A stretch of DNA of 64,000 bases from Candidatus Parcubacteria bacterium. GTDB taxonomy: Bacteria; Patescibacteriota; Minisyncoccia; Minisyncoccales; JAGMDC01. Where the stretch lies: contig JAGMAD010000006.1 in NCBI GenBank assembly GCA_023130975.1, positions 23,187 through 87,186 on the forward strand, written 5' to 3'. Positions 57,016 through 64,000 of this stretch are shown here, one piece after another. The position numbers and the translations under genes are program-made. Under the pieces are notes generated by a model. It made no database searches, was not told where the DNA came from, and was given only the letters and a program-made list of their open reading frames with translations. Numbering within the stretch: position 1 is the first letter of the stretch; each line of letters begins with the position of its first letter.

Positions 57016-59079
57016 ATGAGTCCTAAAAACTTCTCATTAGAAAATTTGAGGTCTAGCTTTAAATTTTCTAAGCAAAAATGGCCTTCGTTTGGCCAATGGA
57101 AGCAAATATTTAAAGTTCTTGATAAAAAAGAAAAAAAATGGTTTCTCGGTTTTTTTGTTTTATTTCTCTTTTCTGCTCTTTTTCTTTCTACCAACTTTTA
57201 TTTTAAACACACTGAAATCGTCCCTAAAAAAGGAGGAACCTATATTGAGGGAGTTGTTGGCCAACCCAGACACATCAATCCTATTTATGCCACTTCCAAT
57301 GATACAGACAGGGATTTAACAGAATTATTATTTTCTGGATTGATGAAATACAATAATAAAGGTGAGATTGTTCCAGACCTGGCTAAAAGCTACAAAACAG
57401 AAGACGAAGGCAGAACATACAGCTTTTATTTAAAAGAAGACATTCTTTGGTCAGACGGCCAAAAATTTTCTGTTGATGACATAGTTTTTACTATTAAAGT
57501 AATCCAGAACTCTGATTACGAAAGTGATCTTCGGACAAATTGGCTGGGAGTAGAAGTAGAAAAAATATCAGATGAGGCAGTTAAATTCAAATTAGAAAAA
57601 CCATACAGCGGTTTTTTAGAGCGTTTGACTTTGAAAATTCTGCCTTCTCATATCTGGCAGGATATTTCTCCTGAAAACTTTACCAAGACCTATTACAATC
57701 TTCAGCCAATAACTTGCGGTCTGTATAAGATAGAAAAAATAAATCAAGATAAAAAAACCGGTATTGTAGAATCCTTAATTTTAGAAAGAGATCCTCATTA
57801 TTTTAATAAAGAACCCTATATCTCTAAAATTATTTTTTATTTTTTTGAAAAAGAAGAAGAAGTCTTTAAAGCCGCCCAATCAGGAAAAATAAAAGGGTTT
57901 TCCTTGAACTCTTTTGATTACCCCCCACCACTTTTGGCTTGCCAAAAGTGGTGGGGGGCTGAACATAGATTTACTCTGCCAAGATATTTTGCTGTATTCT
58001 TCAATCCTGATAAATCAAAAATTTTAGATGATAAAAATATCAGACAGGCATTGAATTACGGAACTAACAAAAAAGAAATTATTGAAAAAGTGCTTTTAGG
58101 CAAAGGAGAAACAGTAAATTCCCCTATTTTGCCGGAAATCTTTAGCTATCAATTGCCTTCTGAAATTTACGAATATGATTTAGAAAAAGCAAAAGAAATT
58201 TTAGAGGAACAGGGATTTAAAGAAACAGAAAGAGGTCTAAGGGAAAAAACTGTTAAAAAAGAACTGGCTTTTACATTTAAAAGCCGGCTAACAACCGGCT
58301 CAAAAAACAAAGAAGTGGAAGAGCTTCAAAAATGCTTAGCCAATCCGCCAGGTGGCGGACCAGAAATTTACCCAGAAGGAGAAACAACCGGCTATTTCGG
58401 CTCAAAAACAAAAGAAGCAGTGATTAAATTCCAGGAAAAATACAAGGAAGATATTTTAGAGCCCTGGGGATATGAAAAAGGAACTGGGACAGTAGGAAAA
58501 ACCACCCGTGAAAAACTTAACGAACTTTGCTTTGGCGACCCTTACGAGACAATACAATTAAAATTTTCCTTAGTAACAGTTGAAGACCCTGTTCTTAAAA
58601 AAGTGGCTGAATTATTAAAAGAACAATGGCAAAAAATAGGAGCAAAAATTGAGGTCCAAACTTATTCCGTTTCAGAGCTTCAGTTTAATTTTATAAAACC
58701 AAGAGAATATGAGTCCTTATTATTCGGCGAGGTATTGGGAATTGTTCCTGACCCATATCCGTTTTGGCATTCCTTGCAAAAAATAGATCCAGGATTGAAT
58801 TTAGCTATATATGAAAACAAAAAAACAGATAAATTATTAGAAGAAGCCAGACAAACAGAAGATAGCAATTTAAGAAAAGAAAAACTACAAAAATTTCAAG
58901 ACCTTTTAATCCAAGATGCTCCCTGTGTTTTCTTATACAGCCCTAATTATATTTACTTCGTTTCTGATGAGATAAAAGGAATAAGCAAAGGAATAATTGC
59001 TGACCCTTCAAAAAGATTTAATGAAATTGAAGATTGGTATATAAGAACCTCTCGTCGCTTCGCTCCTCGAGAACCTTGA
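57016..59079 (+). CDS. ABC transporter substrate-binding protein family 5 (peptide/nickel type) with inserted PG-binding-like domain
   Basis: 687 aa. The N-terminal anchor, GGTYIEGVVGQPRHINP and LVPDLAKSY are typical of SBP_bac_5. The last 12 codons lie in a family-2 repeat. Confidence 0.78.
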   Translation: MSPKNFSLENLRSSFKFSKQKWPSFGQWKQIFKVLDKKEKKWFLGFFVLFLFSALFLSTNFYFKHTEIVPKKGGTYIEGVVGQPRHINPIYATSNDTDRDLTELLFSGLMKYNNKGEIVPDLAKSYKTEDEGRTYSFYLKEDILWSDGQKFSVDDIVFTIKVIQNSDYESDLRTNWLGVEVEKISDEAVKFKLEKPYSGFLERLTLKILPSHIWQDISPENFTKTYYNLQPITCGLYKIEKINQDKKTGIVESLILERDPHYFNKEPYISKIIFYFFEKEEEVFKAAQSGKIKGFSLNSFDYPPPLLACQKWWGAEHRFTLPRYFAVFFNPDKSKILDDKNIRQALNYGTNKKEIIEKVLLGKGETVNSPILPEIFSYQLPSEIYEYDLEKAKEILEEQGFKETERGLREKTVKKELAFTFKSRLTTGSKNKEVEELQKCLANPPGGGPEIYPEGETTGYFGSKTKEAVIKFQEKYKEDILEPWGYEKGTGTVGKTTREKLNELCFGDPYETIQLKFSLVTVEDPVLKKVAELLKEQWQKIGAKIEVQTYSVSELQFNFIKPREYESLLFGEVLGIVPDPYPFWHSLQKIDPGLNLAIYENKKTDKLLEEARQTEDSNLRKEKLQKFQDLLIQDAPCVFLYSPNYIYFVSDEIKGISKGIIADPSKRFNEIEDWYIRTSRRFAPREP

Positions 59080-59092
59080 TTACTTCGTAATT
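59043..59092 (+). repeat. family-2 element overlapping the 3' end of the SBP gene
   Basis: AAGAACCTCTCGTCGCTTCGCTCCTCGAGAACCTTGATTACTTCGTAATT. Confidence 0.7.
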
Positions 59093-59107
59093 TAAGACAA
59101 AAAGGAC

Positions 59108-59662
59108 ATGGAAATAAGATATTTAGATGATATGAAATCTGTTCTCTATGACCAAAAATGGGCGAAAAATGCTCCGAATTTTGAGCTTTATTATATGCAC
59201 CGCGGCTTGAAGAAAAAAGGCGAATTAAGATATGATATTACTATAATTCCTTCTCGGATGCTGGGAAAAGAATTTGTAAAAACCAAAGGGCATTATCATA
59301 TTGGAAAATTTCAAGAATTGTATAAAGTTTTAGAAGGACAAGCTATTTTTCTGATGCAAAAAGGGAAAAATATCGTTGAAGATGTTTGCATTATTAAAGC
59401 GAAAAAAAATGAGATTGTTATTATTCCTTCAAATTATGGCCATATTACGATTAACCCGTCAAAAAAAACCCTAAAAATGGCTAACTGGATCTCTAAAAGA
59501 TGTAAAAGTGATTATAAACCAATTGAAAAAATGAAAGGAGCAGGATATTTTTACACTAAAACCGGCTGGATAAAAAACAAAAACTATAAAAAAATTACAA
59601 AATTGCGATTTGAAAAACCTCTCAAAAAAATACCAAAAAATTTAGATTTTTTGGAAGGTTAA
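59108..59662 (+). CDS. cupin-type glucose-6-phosphate isomerase (putative)
   Basis: 184 aa; TKGHYH..ELYKVLEGQAIFLMQ..PSNYGHITIN resembles archaeal-type cupin PGI. Confidence 0.55.
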   Translation: MEIRYLDDMKSVLYDQKWAKNAPNFELYYMHRGLKKKGELRYDITIIPSRMLGKEFVKTKGHYHIGKFQELYKVLEGQAIFLMQKGKNIVEDVCIIKAKKNEIVIIPSNYGHITINPSKKTLKMANWISKRCKSDYKPIEKMKGAGYFYTKTGWIKNKNYKKITKLRFEKPLKKIPKNLDFLEG

Positions 59663-59748
59663 GCGGGCGTGGCGGAACAGAAGACGCGCAGCGTTCAGGA
59701 CGCTGTAGCCGAAAGGCTGTGGGGGTGCAAATCCTCTCGCCCGCACCA
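59663..59748 (+). tRNA. tRNA-Leu(CAG), CCA encoded, non-canonical D- and T-loops
   Basis: Acceptor GCGGGCG/CGCCCGC, anticodon arm CAGCG-TTCAGGA-CGCTG, long variable arm. The D-loop GAACAGAAGA lacks GG and the T-loop reads TGCAAAT. Starts the base after the upstream stop codon. Confidence 0.65.
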
Positions 59749-59790
59749 ATAAACCAAATTTCTAATTTTATAATTTTTAATTTTATAAAT

Positions 59791-59834
59791 AAGAACCTTT
59801 CACTTTGTTCAAGAACCTTGATTACTTCGTAATT
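59791..59834 (+). repeat. family-2 element downstream of tRNA-Leu
   Basis: AAGAACCTTTCACTTTGTTCAAGAACCTTGATTACTTCGTAATT. Confidence 0.7.
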
Positions 59835-59909
59835 AAATCCTAATTTGTAAAAATTAAGACATTAAAAATTATTTGAAAATTAGAAAATTAAAAATTAAAA
59901 ATTTTAAGC

Positions 59910-61598
59910 ATGTATAATCCTCAACAACAAATAACAAACAACTTACGGATAATACCTCTTGGTGGTCTCGGCGAGGTTGGTCGGAATATGGCGGTCTTAG
60001 AATACAAAGGCCAGATTTTGATTATTGACATAGGTTTCAGAATGCCAGAAGAAGATATGCATGGCATTGATTATATTATTCCTAATATTGGTTATCTCAG
60101 GGGCAAGGAAAAAAACATTTTAGGGGTGGTTTTCACCCACGGGCATTATGACCATATCGGCGCTGTCCCATATATTATTGGAAAAATCGGCAATCCTCCT
60201 TTATTTGCCTCTGCTTTGACCCAAGGCATAATTTTAAGAAGACAGGAAGATTTTCCCAGACAGCCGAAGTTAGATATAGAAGAAGTGAAAGATGGAAGCA
60301 AAATAACGCTTGGCCCTTTCAGAATTGAATTTTTTAGAATGAACCATAATATCCCGGATAATTTAGGATTATTCATTCAAACACCAGTAGGAAATATCTT
60401 ACATACCTCTGATTTTAAATTTGATAATTCTCCAGTAAATGACCTGCCTACTGATTTTAAAAAACTTAGAGAACTTTCTCAAAGAAAAATTTTATTACTA
60501 ATGTCTGACTCCACTGGGGCTGAAGAAGAAGGCCATTCTCTTTCAGAAAGAGAAATTCAAAAAAATCTGGAGGAAATTTTTATAAAAGCAAAAGGTAGAA
60601 TTATTGCTGCTACTTTTGCTTCTTTAATTAACCGAATCCAGCAAATAATCAGTTTATCAGAAAAATACAACAGAAAAGTAATTGTAGAAGGATACTCAAT
60701 GAAAACCAACGTAGAAATTTGTAAGATACTCGGCTATATCAAAACAAAAAAAGGCACTATAGTTCCAGCCAAAGAAATCAAAAATTTAGCTGACTCCCAA
60801 ATAACTTTTCTTTGTACCGGCGCTCAAGGCGAAGAATCATCTGCTTTAATGAAAATAACTAATGGTGAACATCGCTTTCTAAAATTTAAAAAGGGGGACA
60901 CTGTAATTTTTTCTTCCTCAATTATTCCTGGCAATGAACGAACTGTCCAAATTCTTAAAGACGACATCTTGAGGCAAGGGACAAAGGTTTTCCATTACAA
61001 AATGATGGATATTCATGCCGGCGGCCATGCCCAGCAAAGCGAATTAAAAGAAATGTTCCAAATTATGAAGCCGAAGTTTTTTATGCCTATCCATGGTCAA
61101 TACTCTATGCTGGTCAATCATGCTGAAATTGCTCGGTCATTAGGAATTCCAGAAAAAAATATAGTAGTAGCGGAAAATGGCCAGATAATTAATTTAAGCC
61201 AGGAAAAGATTTTTATTAAAAAAGATAACATACCTTCAAATTATATCATGGTTGATGGATTAGGTATCGGTGATGTCGGTGAAATTGTTTTAAGAGACAG
61301 ACGAGTATTATCCCAAGACGGAATGTTTGTGATTGTGGCAATCGTTGACAAAAAAACCGGAAAAGTTAAGTCCTCTCCAGATATTATATCAAGAGGTTTT
61401 GTCTACTTAAGAGAATCAAAACCATTGCTGGCTGAAACAAGAAAAAGAGTAATTACTATCATCAATAAAGCTATTGCTTCTGAAAAAACAATCAATTGGG
61501 CAAACCTTAAAGAAGAAGTGCGAAAAAAAATAGGTGAATTTTTGTTCACTAAAACACAACGCCGGCCTATGGTTCTACCAGTAATTATTGAAGTTTAG
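59910..61598 (+). CDS. rnj: ribonuclease J
   Basis: 562 aa; metallo-beta-lactamase HGHYDHIG, beta-CASP, C-terminal domain. Confidence 0.92.
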   Translation: MYNPQQQITNNLRIIPLGGLGEVGRNMAVLEYKGQILIIDIGFRMPEEDMHGIDYIIPNIGYLRGKEKNILGVVFTHGHYDHIGAVPYIIGKIGNPPLFASALTQGIILRRQEDFPRQPKLDIEEVKDGSKITLGPFRIEFFRMNHNIPDNLGLFIQTPVGNILHTSDFKFDNSPVNDLPTDFKKLRELSQRKILLLMSDSTGAEEEGHSLSEREIQKNLEEIFIKAKGRIIAATFASLINRIQQIISLSEKYNRKVIVEGYSMKTNVEICKILGYIKTKKGTIVPAKEIKNLADSQITFLCTGAQGEESSALMKITNGEHRFLKFKKGDTVIFSSSIIPGNERTVQILKDDILRQGTKVFHYKMMDIHAGGHAQQSELKEMFQIMKPKFFMPIHGQYSMLVNHAEIARSLGIPEKNIVVAENGQIINLSQEKIFIKKDNIPSNYIMVDGLGIGDVGEIVLRDRRVLSQDGMFVIVAIVDKKTGKVKSSPDIISRGFVYLRESKPLLAETRKRVITIINKAIASEKTINWANLKEEVRKKIGEFLFTKTQRRPMVLPVIIEV

Positions 61599-61607
61599 AA
61601 ATTAAAA

Positions 61608-61631
61608 GGGACTAAAGCCGGACTTTAGTCC
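61608..61631 (+). terminator. hairpin GGACTAAAG/CTTTAGTCC after rnj (no T-run)
   Basis: 9-bp perfect stem; abuts the next promoter. Confidence 0.4.
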
Positions 61632-61660
61632 TTGACCCACTTATTGTAAAATGATATGAT
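61632..61660 (+). promoter_or_regulatory. TTGACC-N17-TATGAT promoter of rpsF-ssb-rpsR
   Basis: Read directly, 10 nt upstream of the rpsF ATG region. Confidence 0.5.
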
Positions 61661-61669
61661 TGTTTTACT

Positions 61670-62654
<985 letters not shown>

Positions 62655-62698
62655 GTTAAAAGTTCAAAGTTAAAAGTTAAAGTTTTAAGTTAAAAGTT
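62655..62698. repeat. heptamer array GTTAAAA GTTCAAA GTTAAAA GTTAAA GTTTTAA GTTAAAA
   Basis: Read directly after the ssb stop; followed by a partly complementary AT-rich arm. Confidence 0.75.
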
Positions 62699-62764
62699 AT
62701 TGAAAAATTGCTTTTTCAATTTTTAACTTTTCACTTTTAATTTTTAACTTGAGCGTTAGCGAAC

Positions 62765-62962
62765 GTGGACTGTTACTTTTGTAGAAAAAATATAAAAGAA
62801 ATTGATTTTAAGGAGACAGAAGTACTCCGGAGATTTATTTCTGGCTTAGGCAAGATAAGACCTAGAAAAAAGACCGGATTATGTGCTTCTCACCAACGAA
62901 AACTAAGCCGGGCAGTTAAAAGAGCCCGTCATTTAGGATTACTCTCTGCTGTTGAAAAGTAG
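62765..62962 (+). CDS. rpsR: 30S ribosomal protein S18
   Basis: 65 aa; GTG start; CYFCRKNIKEIDFKETEVLRRFIS..GKIRPRKKTGLCASHQRKL. Confidence 0.88.
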   Translation: MDCYFCRKNIKEIDFKETEVLRRFISGLGKIRPRKKTGLCASHQRKLSRAVKRARHLGLLSAVEK

Positions 62963-63002
62963 ATATTAGATGTTGGATACTAGATGTTAGATATTAGATA
63001 TT
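62961..63002. repeat. heptamer array AGATATT AGATGTT GGATACT AGATGTT AGATATT AGATATT
   Basis: Read directly, starting within the rpsR stop codon. Confidence 0.8.
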
Positions 63003-63010
63003 AGTCAATT

Positions 63011-63042
63011 AAAAAAAATTGCGGCTCTGCCGCAATTTTTTG
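63011..63042 (+). terminator. rpsR operon terminator
   Basis: A8-TTGCGGC-tct-GCCGCAA-T6. Confidence 0.85.
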
Positions 63043-63064
63043 ATTAGGAAAGTTGAAACTTATT

Positions 63065-63202
63065 AAGAACCTGCTCACTTCGCTCGCAGAACCTTGATTC
63101 CTTCGGAATTAAGAACCTGCTCACTTCGCTCGCAGAACCTTGATTCCTTCGGAATTAAGAACCTGCTCACTTCGCTCGCAGAACCTTGATTCCTTCGGAA
63201 TT
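63065..63202 (+). repeat. three identical tandem 46-nt family-2 units
   Basis: AAGAACCTGCTCACTTCGCTCGCAGAACCTTGATTCCTTCGGAATT at 63065, 63111 and 63157. Confidence 0.95.
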
Positions 63203-63293
63203 AGTAAGCTAAAATTAGACTGACCGCCACAACAAAGGCCAAAACAATAACTATGGTTCCTGTTTTTGTAGAGATTTTTTTATTAAGAGACAT
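63201..63293 (-). CDS. 30-aa membrane peptide (tentative)
   Basis: MSLNKKISTKTGTIVIVLAFVVAVSLILAY; AAAAGGTCGGAG box upstream; the stop overlaps the last repeat unit. Confidence 0.3.
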   Translation of the reverse strand: MSLNKKISTKTGTIVIVLAFVVAVSLILAY

Positions 63294-63331
63294 AGAATAA
63301 TATTTTAATTAACATAATTACTCCGACCTTT

Positions 63332-64000
63332 TTATTGGTTTTTAATGATTGCTTTTTCTATTTTTTTAACTAGTTCTGGGTTTTCTTTTAAAAAAGTTCG
63401 AGCCGCCTCTAATCCTATTCCAAGCTTTGTCTCTTCAAAACTATAAGTGTTTCCTGATTTTTTAATAATCTCCTGCTTTAGGCCAGCATTTAATAAATCA
63501 GAAAATTTAGAAATTCCTTCAGCATAATAAATATCAAACTCCACTGTTTTAAAGGGAGCAGCTACTTTATTTTTAACTATTTTTGCTCTAATTCGAGAAC
63601 CGACAATTTCATCTTTTTGTTTTATCTGGGCAATTCTTTTTAGGTTTATTCTTACAGAAGAATAAAATTTCAAAGCCAAGCCGCCCGGCGTTGTTTCTGG
63701 GTTGCCCCAGCTGATGCCGATTTTCATTCTTGTTTGATTCAAAAAAATAACAACTGTTTTTGTTTTAGAAATAATTCCTGACAACTTTCGGAGAGCTTGC
63801 GACATCAGACGGGCTTGAAGACCAATTTGAAATTCTCCCACTTCGCCAGCAATTTCTGCTTTAGGAGTTAAAGCAGCAACTGAATCAATTACAATAACAT
63901 CAATATTGCCTGATCTAACTAATGTTTCTACAATTTGGAGCGCCTGCTCTCCGGAATCCGGTTGAGAGATTAAAAGGTTGTCAACATTTACTCCAATTTT
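63332..64000 (-). CDS. recA: recombinase RecA (N-terminus beyond window end)
   Basis: The frame is open to position 64000: ..[65 protein letters not shown]. Confidence 0.96.
   Translation of the reverse strand, partial: KIGVNVDNLLISQPDSGEQALQIVETLVRSGNIDVIVIDSVAALTPKAEIAGEVGEFQIGLQARLMSQALRKLSGIISKTKTVVIFLNQTRMKIGISWGNPETTPGGLALKFYSSVRINLKRIAQIKQKDEIVGSRIRAKIVKNKVAAPFKTVEFDIYYAEGISKFSDLLNAGLKQEIIKKSGNTYSFEETKLGIGLEAARTFLKENPELVKKIEKAIIKNQ

Noticed and set aside
63065-63202. Possible CRISPR array (three identical 46-nt repeats)
   Set aside because: The units are directly abutting with no spacers and no cas genes are in the window. Related single copies are dispersed, so this is a tandem repeat of the family-2 element

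Overview
AT-rich, very gene-dense window of about 80 protein genes, roughly three quarters on the minus strand, plus 3 tRNAs. From gene content and style it reads like a small-genome CPR/Patescibacteria-type bacterium; this is an inference, no search was possible. Housekeeping blocks are ychF, recQ, UPF0182, typA, rpoD-dnaG, a glycosyltransferase/DUF218 envelope cluster (43.5-48.4 kb), mscS, htpX-lemA, groES-groEL, an LD-transpeptidase/DD-carboxypeptidase fusion, secG, an ABC peptide-type binding protein, cupin PGI, rnj, rpsF-ssb-rpsR and partial recA. The accessory stretch (about 14.5-40.3 kb) holds a MazF/PemK toxin with an HTH-Panacea antitoxin, a MORC-like GHKL ATPase module, secreted DNase I-like and EEP nucleases, and many short membrane or secreted hypotheticals. 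A WxL-cluster-like surface operon and a RAYT transposase flanked by REP palindromes lie at 1-4.9 kb.

Most interesting observations:
1. A tRNA-Asn(GUU) is split by a 224-nt group I intron. It sits next to a free-standing LAGLIDADG-like endonuclease gene and a decayed intron-less copy of the same tRNA.
2. Several families of structured intergenic repeats sit at gene 3' ends and sometimes supply gene termini. They are a tRNA-like 30-mer, a 110-nt three-hairpin element present as an inverted pair with compensatory changes, and a 46-nt unit (3x tandem plus dispersed copies).
3. A recurrent AAAGGTCG box lies just downstream of -10 hexamers at a dozen or more promoters.
4. There is a repeated leaderless-type promoter geometry.

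All coordinates were hand-derived from the sequence, and functional calls rest on recalled family motifs.
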